Assembly: GCF_001194135.2 (NCBI RefSeq)
Contig: NC_068989.1
Span: 35,803,679-35,861,012 of the forward strand
Source of the DNA: Octopus bimaculoides
Lineage: Eukaryota
Direction: 5' to 3'
Length of the DNA: 57,334 bases
The translations under genes were made by a program, and so were the position numbers. Of the stretch, positions 26,050-37,280 are shown piece after piece. The notes under the pieces were generated by a model. It saw nothing but the letters and a program-made list of their open reading frames with translations. It ran no database searches and was not told the origin of the DNA. The first letter of the stretch is position 1. Every line of letters starts with the position of its first letter.

Positions 26050-26712
26050 TTGTGGTAAAAGTTTGGTATTCCGAATCATTAAAAGCAAGTGCACCATCAT
26101 TTCTCTCCTGTGACATCACAATTTTCTCTCACACACTGTCTTGCAATCCAGGATACTTGTTCTTTGGTCCTCATGTCGCTGGACATTGGCAAACTTTTTC
26201 TTTTCTGCTTTGCCCTTGGCTATATATACCTGTCGCCCAGCCTCCCTTTTGGCTATCTGGTATGGTTCCCTGCTACCCCCACCCTTCCAGGCTTTCCAGG
26301 CCTGTTTCTTTGCTCTGATGGCTTTGTCTACTGTATTATTCCACCACCATGTTACTCTAGGTCTGGAAGGGACTTTGCACTCAGTAAGCTGTCCTGTAAG
26401 AATTTCCAGCTACCTTCTATGTCCGAGGACTGTAGTTCCTCCTCCCTCTCATCAAATTTCTTGATGAGGATGTCCATGTGACCATGTGAAGGGTTCTTTA
26501 GCTTCCAAATCCTCTTCTGGATTGGTCTGCTTCTTGGCATCCTCCTGGTCTCCAGTCAAAAGTAGTCTATGCTGGGTGGGTGCATTCCTCACCTGGGAGG
26601 GTCCTTGTATTTAAGAGCAACCCTGCTTCCCGCTGTCTGGTGAGGATGAAATCAATCTAGCTAGCAGAGTCCCCTGATTGATAGGTTATCAGGCGGCTGT
26701 CTGGCTTCCTGA
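26050..26712 (-). mobile_element. RTE-clade LINE fragment (end of AP endonuclease and linker)
   Basis: LITYQSG..IDFILTRQ..PGEEC..QHRLL, then RPIQKRIWKLK..WKFLQDSLL, then PRVTWWWNNTVDKAIRAKKQAWKAWKGGGSREPYQIAKREAGRQVYIAK; frameshifted. Confidence 0.85.
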
Positions 26713-26717
26713 ACTTA

Positions 26718-26873
26718 GTGTGGTAAGTAGCTTGCTTACCAACCACATGGTTCCGGGTTCAGTCCCACTGCGTGGCATCTTGGGCAAGTGTCTTCTACTA
26801 TAGCCTCGAGCCGACCAAAGCCTTGTGAGTGGATTTGGTAGACTGAAACTGAAAGAAGCTCGTCGTATATATG

Positions 26874-26906
<33 letters not shown>

Positions 26907-27107
26907 TTGTGTTTGTCCCCTAACATTGCTTGACAACCGATACTGGTGTGTTTACGTCCCCACAACATAGCGGTTCGGCAAAAGTGATCGATAGAATAAG
27001 TACTAAGCTTCCAAAGAATAAGTCCTGGGGTCAATTTGCTCGACTAAAAGGCGGTGCTCCAGCATAGCCGCAGTCAAATGACTGAAACAAGTAAAAGAGT
27101 AAAAGAG
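26718..27107 (+). mobile_element. SINE family A, near full length
   Basis: tRNA-like head GTGTGGTAAGTAGCTTGC..GGTTCCGGGTTCAGTCCC, internal (TA/TG)n, and AGTAAAAG tail. Confidence 0.9.
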
Positions 27108-27120
27108 TATATATATATAA

Positions 27121-27161
<41 letters not shown>

Positions 27162-27861
27162 TATGTATATATATATATAAGGTACAGATATACACACACA
27201 CAGACACTTAAATATCATGTATACTTGTTGCAGATATGCAAGCAAATTTGCTTCATGTTGATTTTACACACAATGGAAAAACTCTGATTTTGTTGAAAAT
27301 GTTAAATGGATGTTGGTCATGAGACCAAAATTAGGACAACACACACAAATGAGCATTATGACCTCATTGCTGTGTAACCCAGGCAATTTTATAATATTCA
27401 TATATGTATGTACATACATGTATTGGCCATTGTAAAACTAGTACACATTGCTCTATTCAAACTGGAATGTATATAGAAGTGCTGAAGTATTGTTTTATGT
27501 GTGTCTGTATAATTGCATGTATATTATGGATATGTGTATATTCGTATACACAAACTATTTGAATAACGAACAGTTTTTGTGAAAAGTGTTAAAATCACAT
27601 GACAAATTTAAATGTGTTCAACACACTAGGAGCAAACTATGGTCTCATATAAAGTGAGTCAGTGCCCCTTCGCTTAGCGAACTGAAATCAGAACAAACAA
27701 CTAGTACACTACGTACATATTTATATAGGTGTTGGCATGTACAAATGGTTTGTTGATTATCATATACCTATTTCATACAGCTTTCATATTTTATATAGAA
27801 AATATTTCTCATATTTTTTGCTATAAACCATGGATCAACAAAGAGGTAAATATACATACAT

Positions 27862-27908
<47 letters not shown>

Positions 27909-28129
27909 GTAATATGTATTTAAAATGTATTCAACATTAATGAATAGACAAATAAAACATTGCCTTTATTTGGTATTTGGGTGTGGCTTGGTGTGGATTG
28001 CCCCTATTTATATGTATACCAATTACTCGTGTTATCAACAAACTAATGAAAAGGGCTCTGGAACAGATTCTGTTCATATATAGAGGTCTTAGACTCCTCT
28101 GTACATACACACACATAATAGACTGGCAT

Positions 28130-28324
28130 GCTTTTGTTAATTTGACCGCAGGCATGCTGGAGCAGCACCTTTAGTCGAACGAACTGACCCCAGGACTTAT
28201 TATTTGTAAATGTAGTACATATTCTATCGGTCTCTTTTACCACACCGCTCAATTATAGGGAAGTAAACACACCAACTTTGGTTGTCAAGCGATGGTGGGG
28301 GAACAAACATAGACACACAAACAT

Positions 28325-28366
<42 letters not shown>

Positions 28367-28518
28367 CAACAAGCTTCTTTCACTTTCTATCAAATCCATT
28401 CACAAGGGTTTGGTCGGCCTGAGGCTATAGTGGAAGACGCTTGCCCACGCTGCCACACAGGTGCACTGAACCCAGAACCATGTGGTTGGGAAGAAAGTTT
28501 CTTATCACACAGCCACGC
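28130..28518 (-). mobile_element. SINE family A
   Basis: Reverse-complement match to 26718-27107 along its length. Confidence 0.85.
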
Positions 28519-28699
28519 CTGTGTGTATGTATGTATGTATGTATGTTGCCATGCATATATATTGGCATATGTGTCTATTGATTTGTATTTATTTTGTTCA
28601 TATGCATATTGAAATATATGTATACTCGTATTGGCGTAAATATGTCTGTTTGCAAGTATATATATTTTGCATATATGTACAATGTTATGTATATGTATT

Positions 28700-28763
<64 letters not shown>

Positions 28764-28767
<4 letters not shown>

Positions 28768-29530
28768 GTGGTATCAAATAGTTCCCATACCAACTCTGTA
28801 GTGCATCAGCAGATGGCAGCATACAGTTACATGCACCGTAATAGCTGGTGGCGACCTCCATGAGGCAGTGTGCCATGTGACATCACTGTGTTTACTTCGC
28901 AAGTTGTGAGATTAGTGTTTTTTGTGATTACGTATATGCTGTAGTCTGCGATTTTTGTCATGGACAGGCAATTGGAACAAAAAGCTAATGTGAAATTTTG
29001 TGTTGAACATGGGAAATCTGCTATAGAGACATTCAACATGCTTCGGTAAGCTTATGACGACAAGGCAATGGGTCATACACAATGTTTTAAATAACATGGG
29101 CACTTGAAAAGGAACGACAGAACCATAGCTCCATCAAGAGTAGGCTCATTGTTTTTTTGTTTTTTTCTGATATCCGCACCAGATTTAACACCTGTGAACT
29201 CCCATCTGTTCGTCAAGATGAAAATGCAGCTCAAAGGTCAGTTTTAATACCATTTTTGAGATCAAGAGCAAATTGCAGAAGATTCTCAACTTGCTTATAG
29301 AAAACAACTTCCAGGCGAGATTCCAAAAGTGGCAGGAACCTTGGGACCAGTATATTTTTGCATCAAGAATTCATTCCCCAGGGCCAGACTGTCAATCAAG
29401 AGTTCTACAGCGACATTTTGAAGTGCTTAAGGGAGGACATTCGGTGAAAGCAACTTGATCTATAGAATGCAAAGAATTGGATTCTTCTTGACGACAATGC
29501 ACACTGTGACCGAGCTCTCCTCACTTGTGG
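28764..29530 (+). mobile_element. Fragmented mariner remnant with permuted segments
   Basis: TIR-like TGAGGTGGTATCAAATAGTTCC; EQKANVKFCVEHGKSAIETFNML; APDLTPVNSHLFVKMK..FQKWQEPW (C-terminal), followed by HQEFIPQGQTVNQEFY..NWILLDDNA (middle). Confidence 0.8.
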
Positions 29531-30261
29531 TTTGATGAAGGTTGGAATGTCTTTGATGATACGTTTGCAGTATCAGGGTTGATTTGAGGCTAAATAACAA
29601 CAACATTATGGTCAATTTCCTATATTAGCACCTGCATGATTTTCACTAAGAAAAAAAATTGATTTTTTGCATGGAATCAATAACCCTGACCTCCTAATAT
29701 GCTGCAAATCCCTTATTTTGGTCTGGAAAAAAATGAGGTGGGCTGTTCCCCACCCCCTCCCACGAATCCAGGAATCATTGGAAATTCTTTTCTTTTCTTG
29801 AATGAATTCCTGTGACCTGCTAATATTGCAAAATTAGGTTACTTAAGGTAAGCCTGGTAACTGATGATTTTGGGGCCTTGCTGTTTGTAACTTTTGGTGA
29901 GCCATGGTGCAACCAATAACACGGTAAAGATCCCTGCCATTTGGGTAATATCAAATAATTCAATCACAGCATATATTTAAATCAAACATGAAAAAAACTG
30001 AAATATTATCATCAGTTACATGGAAAAATTGAAATATTATCTTTCAGTATTTTATAAGGTAAAATCTTAAATTATTGACACATTATTAATTATCTTATAA
30101 CAGCAATGCCTGGAAAAATCATGGATTACATGGATAAATAAAAGTCATATTCTTAAGATTATAAAGCTGGAAAAGAACAAAAGTTATTAGGCCTGTAAAA
30201 GTGTAGGACCAGCTATTACTTCTAATAAAGTAAGGAATAAGAAACTTTTTACTTAAAATAT

Positions 30262-30301
<40 letters not shown>

Positions 30302-30329
30302 CAAATAGTAAATGAGTATATGCATATAT

Positions 30330-30680
30330 ACGTACAGGTATGTGCATACCGACATCCACCTGTATGTATAGGTGCATATCTGGGTACAGGACATTGCAAA
30401 CAAACGTAGACGAGAACACACGAGCCACATAGAGAACATTCTCCTTCATCAGCCACCCACATTTTAACACCGGCGTTTCGACGATATATGTATGTATTGA
30501 ATTTTTGCAGAGCATGTAATCTCAAGATATAGGATTAGCGAATATCCTTTGCATATCCTTGCTTATTCCCTCGAATTCGTACCTGTGGTTGTATATAGAG
30601 AGCAAGTTGTAGGGTGGATTGTAGGCATGTGACACCTATTATTACTAGTGTTGGCACTCGTCATTTCCCCCGTAGCCCTC
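30330..30680 (-). repeat. Interspersed repeat of unknown class
   Basis: Non-simple block (..GTCGAAACGCCGGTGTTAAAATGTGGGTGGCTGATGAAGGAGAATGTTCTC..) between TA microsatellites. Resembles an abundant octopus repeat from memory only. Confidence 0.3.
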
Positions 30681-30733
30681 AGCTATAATTATATCTTTAT
30701 AATTATATACGTATATATGCATATATACGTGTA

Positions 30734-30951
30734 TTCTTTTATTCTTTTACTTGTTTCAGTCATTTTGACTGTGGCTATACTGGAGCACCGCCTTTAGTCA
30801 AGCAAACCGATCCCAGGACTTATTGTTTGTAAGCCTAGTACTTATTCTATCGGGTTCTTTTGCTGAACCACTAAGTTGCGGGGACGTAAACACAGCAGCA
30901 TTGTTGTTTGTCAGGCGATGTTGGGGGACAAACATAAACATATACACACAC

Positions 30952-30991
<40 letters not shown>

Positions 30992-31130
30992 GACAGAATT
31001 CTTTCAGTTTCTGTTGACCAAATCCTCTCACAAGGCTTTGGTTGGCCTGAGGCTATAGTAGACGACAATTGCAGGAAACTACCACACAGTGGGACAGAAC
31101 CCAGAACCATGTGGTTAGTAAGCAAGCTAC
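30734..31130 (-). mobile_element. SINE family A
   Basis: Reverse-complement match to 26718-27107. Confidence 0.88.
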
Positions 31131-31936
31131 ACACATATATATATTTAATTAAATGATATCAACACTACCTGTAAAATATTTCATCGCTTTAATTATCTGA
31201 TTATTTGCTATTGCTGGCTGTTTTTGATATCGTATCTGGTATTTCCAGTAACTCTGTACTGAATACAGTTTATTACATAACCCCATCCTTATTAAACTCC
31301 TTAATGATATGTAATATTCTACTATTAATAACATTAAAAATTCATAAAAGCTAGATCTTATTATTTGATTGCCTTCATACCCTGCTGCAAGATTCAACCA
31401 ATATCCACAGAATACACCTAAAATCTGTGTATCTCTGCTCCCCTCCCCTCCTTCTTTAGCCTTAGCTAACGGATTCCGGATTCTAAACCTGGACCCTATG
31501 CCTAATTGGCTTGAATGCTTTTATATTTCTTCACCCTTCGTTTTGCTTTATATATTCTTGCTTTTTTTTTTATCCTTCATTCATATTAGGACCTCTCCTT
31601 GCTTCCCACTACTCTAAGTCTCCTATAATAAAATATCATCAACACTGCACCTCAGCTAACCTAAGAACCAGTGTAACAGACACCTACCTAACCCAGGTTG
31701 CTGACCTTAGAATCATATTACACACTGTCAAGAATTATATTCTTAAACTCAATGACTAACTTTGTTGGTCATTCTCCCATCTCATAGTTGCTGTATTCTT
31801 GGGATATTCTTTTGTTTGCAAAATTTCGTTTCATTTGATGATTACAGTGTTTTGAAATGGAGTAATGTTCCCATTCTTCTAGTAAAAAAATAGATAAGAA
31901 AGAGCTGTAATGAGCTGATAATTATCCATTGTATGT

Positions 31937-31984
<48 letters not shown>

Positions 31985-32117
31985 ATGTATACACACACTC
32001 ATACACATCTATATATCCACAGACAATCGATTTATATATATGTATCTTTACTCTTCTCAGCTGATCGAGTTCTATTCTACTTGTTGAAGCATTATCAACC
32101 ACACACACATGCACACG

Positions 32118-32173
<56 letters not shown>

Positions 32174-32704
32174 CTTAATTTGTCGAATACCTAAATTTTA
32201 CGAATAACTTCTAGTTTCCCATAAGTGGCAGCTAGGCTTAATTAAACTGAGTTAATTACCATTTTATGGCATATTTTAACAGACAAAACAGCACACCTGA
32301 GAATTTTTCGTAGACTCTTGGCAGTGTGTATCATAAATTATATACTCCAAGACCCAATGAGGGAACCTGTGACTTTATTACTGTTATGTAGTATCTTTTA
32401 TAAACAATAGAACACAATACATTAGAATTTTTAGATATTTCAGAATTCCAACACGTAGTTTAAGTGGGTGCTTCACATTTCATAGCTGTCTGTCTGTTTG
32501 TAAGTATGTATGTATGTATAGCATACTTACACAAATGTACCTCTTCTTAAATTTCCACTTCATTTAACAAAGAAGTTTTGCAGATATGCCTTTATACACA
32601 CACATATACATATATATATAGCTTGGGCAATTGTCTTCTACTGGAGCCTCGGACCAATCAAAGCCTTGCGAGTAGATATAGTAGACGGAAACTGAAAGAA
32701 GCCC

Positions 32705-32761
32705 GGCGAAAGTAAAGAATGCGTACACCCGGTGTTAGGGTTAGGATTCTTTACCTCCACC
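32705..32761. mobile_element. 57-bp mini-MITE with a TTAGGG motif
   Basis: 16-bp imperfect TIR GGCGAAAGTAAAGAAT / GGTGGAGGTAAAGAAT, interior GGTGTTAGGGTTAGG, flanks GAAGCCC (32698-32704) and AAAGCCC (32762-32768). Confidence 0.65.
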
Positions 32762-32799
32762 AAAGCCCATCGTGTGTATATATGTGTGTGTGTGTGTGT

Positions 32800-32879
<80 letters not shown>

Positions 32880-32965
32880 ATGTCCTCGTAAGTTAGCGGT
32901 TCGGTAGAAAAGACCGATAGAATAAGCACCAGGCTTACAAGGAATAATTCCAGGTGTCGATTTCT

Positions 32966-33144
32966 GGTAATTTTTCAGATTAACACCTGAACGATTTTCA
33001 CTTGGGTGTTAGGGTTAGGGTTTTAGGGTCAGGGTTGGTAACCCTAACACTAAAACCCTAACCCTAAAACGCCAACCCTGACCCTAAAACCCTAACCCGA
33101 ACACCCTAGTGAAGATCGTGCGGGTGTTAATCTGAAAAATTACC
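32966..33144. mobile_element. Palindromic MITE with telomere-like core, copy 2 (same family as 9624-9831)
   Basis: About 55-bp TIR GGTAATTTTTCAGATTAACACC.. with 5 mismatches. TSD CGATTTCT (32958-32965) / CAATTTCT (33145-33152). Confidence 0.9.
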
Positions 33145-33490
33145 CAATTTCTTCGACTAAAAAGCGGTGTTCCAGCATGGCCACAGTCAATTGACTGAAA
33201 CAAGTAAAAGAATACATATATATACATATACACATAAATATATATGCACAGCTTATTAGTAAGACAAACTCTTTTAAAAAAACCTGCTATATATAAATAT
33301 ATTATACAAGCAAAGAAAGAAGCAGACAGGCCGACAGACAGATTGAGAGAAGATACACTGAAATATGTACATTTTGTTACATATACTGATATAATAACGA
33401 AGATACACACACACAAAAGACATCTAAGTACACAAACGCACAACACAAATATGCACTGACACCACATTTACACACACACACATAAGATCA

Positions 33491-33538
<48 letters not shown>

Positions 33539-33992
33539 ACAGAGATTAACTCCATAGGCTTACGGAAACACACCTGTATACAGACATATAACTACATATG
33601 CATATCATCATGCACACTACAAACACTCTCTCCCATATATATATATACACCTACTTATAGTAACACAGATATAAATACATACACTGACACACACACATTT
33701 CATACACATACAAACCTACTTATACATATAATCGCACAGATATAACTACATACACGTACACAATTATACAGTTAAGAGAACTACATACACAGACACGCAG
33801 TCTTAGACACATATGCACAACTAGATACATATGAGCATACACACACTCAGACCGCTACATGGAGATCTACCTACATACGCATAGTCACAGAACTATATAT
33901 ATATATATATATATATATACTCACACACCGCTACGCGCGCGCACACAGGCACAAACAGTAAAATTACTGAACGGTAAAAATAATTATCTCAC

Positions 33993-34415
33993 CTGACCCA
34001 GATCCACTGTGAAGTTAACCTTATTGTATTCAATACCCCTGGACAACGGTGGACTTTGCCACCAATTTTCGGTTCCATCGACGGCATAATCAGCCGGGTG
34101 TGACTCTCCTTTACTGGTCGAATCGCAGTATTCACAAAATTGTCCAGCCTGGATTTCGATATGGGGTTGAATTACCAAATTGTCGTGGGTAATTGGAGTG
34201 ACTCCTGTCAGACGACAATACATTTCAGGAACGTTGCCGTCAACTCCACATGTGGATGACGCCCATACAGTCTTTCTTTCGGCCAAGTTTAAATACGGTG
34301 GTTGCAATACCTGGCCACCGATAAAGCATGCTAGACTGGTCAGTATGAAGATGACCTTAGTTAACACCTGCAAATCGATGTTTCGTGAGGAGGGTTTACC
34401 TTTTGGCTCTGCCAT
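33993..34415 (-). CDS. LanA: Laminin subunit alpha (alpha-3/5, LanA-like), first coding exon: signal peptide and N-terminal part of the laminin N-terminal (LN) domain
   Basis: ATG at 34415. Hydrophobic signal-like stretch (VLTKVIFILTSLACFIGG) is followed by QPPYLNLA..WASSTCG..YCRL..GQFCEYCD..HPADYAVDGTENWWQSPPLSRGIEYNKVNFTVDLGQ, matching the LAMA3/LAMA5/LanA LN motif. The frame ends at a canonical donor CAG|GTGAG (GT at 33992-33991), giving 141 codons, phase 0. Confidence 0.95.
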
Positions 34416-34745
34416 TTTCTCCTCCTCTACCTATCTGCCTTTTGTGTGAGTGTTAGTATTTTGGCAGTAATAACTTGTTCAGTTAGAGGGGAGAAACCAC
34501 TTTAAAATGTTTCATTGACTACGTTTACTGTCACTTTTACTGAGTGGACGAGTCCACTGTCCACCTTACAAGCAGCAGCTAACACGGTACAAAGTGGAGG
34601 TAGAGGTGGAGGTGATGGTGGTGGTGGTAGGAGAAGTCTTATGAAGCGCCAAATCAGAAAGCCGCAACTTTTACGTCACCCCAACGCCATCCCACATCTA
34701 AATACAGTTACACAAACACATACACTTAAACACTCACGAACATAG
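34416..34745 (-). promoter_or_regulatory. Putative 5' UTR / proximal promoter of laminin alpha
   Basis: Non-repetitive, GC-balanced sequence directly upstream of the ATG. Contains a CRE-like TGACGTAA (34671-34678, minus) and a short inverted repeat AGTGGAC-GA-GTCCACT near 34542-34557. The TSS cannot be determined from sequence. Confidence 0.4.
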
Positions 34746-34919
34746 AAATACGCACACTCCCACACACCTATAAACACTGGTAAACATACGCACAACGCCC
34801 CCACCTCTCTTCTTTCCTCACTATTTCCTTCCCTGTATGTATACGCACACACACATACAGCTGAATACCGGTAACACTCCATAGCCAGGACTGTCAAACG
34901 TGTTTGTGTGTGTATGTGC

Positions 34920-34961
<42 letters not shown>

Positions 34962-35065
34962 GTAATTTTTTGTATGTATGTATATATGTATGTATGTGTC
35001 TGTGCGTGTGTGTGTATGCATATTATGCGTGCATGAAAATACATAGAAAATGTATTTTCATGCAT

Positions 35066-35072
35066 ATCTATC

Positions 35073-35157
<85 letters not shown>

Positions 35158-35182
35158 GTCTATCTATCTATCTATCTATCTA
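35066..35182. repeat. (TATC)n microsatellite
   Basis: Direct reading. Confidence 0.95.
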
Positions 35183-35375
35183 TGAATCTGTGTGTATATA
35201 TGTATGTGCGGATGTGTATATGTTTGTACTTCTCCAAGTCTACATTTAGAAAACTAGTGATACACAAGCATGTATATTTTCGTTACAAAAATACTAATGA
35301 ACACCATTAATGACAATAACTTTATGACAGGCAGTGAAGCAATTGGATCTGGTTTTAAATCCTTAAGAGTCACTC

Positions 35376-35543
35376 CGTGTGGCTGTGTGACAAGAAGCTT
35401 GCTTCTCAACCACATAGTCCCGGTTCCGTGTTCAATCCCACTGTGTGGTACCTTGGGCAAGTTTCTTCTACTGTTCTATTGAAGCCTCGGGCCGACCAAA
35501 GCCTTGTGAGTGGATTTGGTAGATGGAAACTGAAAGAAGCCTG

Positions 35544-35545
<2 letters not shown>
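35376..35545 (+). mobile_element. SINE family A, 5' half
   Basis: GTGTGGCTGTGTGACAAGAAGCTTGC..GGGCCGACCAAAGCCTTGTGAGTGGATTTGGTAGATGGAAACTGAAAGAAGCC. Confidence 0.85.
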
Positions 35546-35582
<37 letters not shown>

Positions 35583-36153
35583 CACACACATATACACACA
35601 CATACATTATTAAGATTCAGTTGAATTAGGCACTTAATTTGAGGCACCAAGTCAGTCCGGTATTATCCGCGCAACTCGAAGTTTGGTGAATAAAAACAAA
35701 TAGGTAACAAGTATGTCCAGGTATCAGTGCTTTACGGCCGTTTCAAGCGACTCAATTTAATCGATCGATGAAAACATTACATCAATTTGAAATAAACCAC
35801 TCTCTTCGGGCGCAGAAGACCATATGGATTTCCAACATATAGGATACAACATTATATTTTTTAGCAAATTTTTCATCAATACCAGAGACTGAAATAGTTA
35901 CATTGCTTCTCTTTGCTATTTTTGTGGCATCTGTTTAGAAACTGGTTGACAAAACTGCAGTGGAAACTAGACTGAGGATTTTAATGTTAGGAAAATAACA
36001 ATCGCCATCACTATCATCACCACCACCAACCAACCCTACACCCCACCATTGTCATCATCATCACAATCATCATTATCATTGCATCACCCTCGTCATCATC
36101 ATCATCATCATCATCAAGACTACCACATCACTACCATTATCATTGCATCGTCA

Positions 36154-37280
36154 AAGGCGGCGAGATGTGACTGAATCGTTAGCACACCGGACAAAATGTT
36201 TAGAGGCACTTCGTTCGACACATTACGTTCTATGTTCAAATTCTGCAAAGGCCGATTTTGCCTTTCATTCTTTTGTGTTCGATTAAATATTAGGATCTTT
36301 TGGGTTTGACGGGCAACATTTTTCATTTATGTTTTATGTTTTTCGTACCGAAACACTTTCAAACTTCGTATACTTGTATATTTTGTGTTATAGAACAGAC
36401 AAAAAATTTTATATTCGAAGTTATTTCATGTAAAAAGTTGTCGTATTTCGGTAATTTCAACCAATCACTGACGTCTATTGAGGTGAAAACAGTTACTGCT
36501 GTAGAATGTAAACAACAGTGTTATGGGATCTTTTCCCTTGAATAAAATTAGTGCCGTTGTTTGTCAACAACAACTATCGGCGGTACTGTTATTTATAACA
36601 TCGTTCGTGCGTTTGTACTGGTTTTAGCTTTAGGGTTTTAGGGTTAGGGTTCCGGTTTTAGAATTAAAGTTAGTTTTAGGGTTACGGTTATGATTATTTT
36701 TGCCATAACCTCACTCATAACCCTAACCCTAACCCTAAAACTCTATCACTCATAACCATAACCCTAACCCTAACCCCAACTCTAACTCTAAAACCCTAAC
36801 CCTAACTCTAAAACCCGAACCCTAACCCAAACGCACGAACGATGTTATAAATAACTACCGCCGATAGTTGTTGTTGACAAACAACGGCACTAATTTTATT
36901 CAAGGGAAAAGATCCCATAACACCGTTAGACTATGTTGTTCACATTCTACAGCAGTAATTGTTTTCACCTCAATAGACATCAGTGATTGGTTGAAATTAC
37001 ACAAATACAACAACTTTAACATGAAATAACTTATTAAGAACTAATTTTTGTTAAGAAGGCTAAGAGAAAAAGATGTTTTATATGACACATTCAACCAGTA
37101 TCCCAAGTTTGAAAGTGTTTCGTTAAGAAAACAAGTGTTGCCCGTCAAACCAAAAAGATCCAAATATTAAATAAGTACCAGCTGAGCACAGGGGTATCAA
37201 TATAAGTGACTAAGACCCACCCCACCCCCAGCTTCAAAACTTCAGGATTTGGGTCTTATAGTAGAAGGAATTATTATTAT
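36154..37280 (+). mobile_element. SINE family B split by a foldback element
   Basis: Head AAGGCGGCGAG..GTTCAAATT and central block run to 36288; the sequence resumes ATTAAATAAGTACCAGCTGAGCAC at 37166 and ends in (ATT)n. Confidence 0.85.
36289..37165. mobile_element. 877-bp foldback element with about 330-bp inverted arms and a head-to-head TTAGGG/CCCTAA core
   Basis: Arms 36289-36615 and 36828-37165 align as inverted repeats. Core 36616-36827 is degenerate G-strand then C-strand telomere-like repeat. ATTAAAT(A) is duplicated at 36282 and 37166 (TSD 7-9 bp depending on boundary). Confidence 0.9.

Larger units (their letters stand above)
32621..33212 (+). mobile_element. SINE family A carrying two nested palindromic insertions and an expanded (TG)n
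   Basis: SINE A consensus resumes exactly after the insertions at 32705-32761 and 32966-33144. (TG)n at about 32784-32876. Confidence 0.88.
1..33992 (-). other. Probable first intron of the laminin alpha gene (at least 34 kb, continues beyond the window start)
   Basis: Lies downstream of the exon-1 donor. Expected next LN motifs (FHVAYV, SPRP, WVLERS, WQYFA) were not seen on the minus strand by eye. An exon hidden in an N gap cannot be excluded. Confidence 0.6.

Noticed and set aside
30430-30485. GAAAC and CTGATGA motifs near each other (minus)
   Set aside because: Order and pairing do not give a type I, II or III hammerhead; the cleavage triplet would end in G.
31150-31800. Possible LINE reverse-transcriptase relic (also 25500-26040, 13740-14450)
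   Set aside because: No diagnostic motif could be read in any frame by eye; needs BLASTX.
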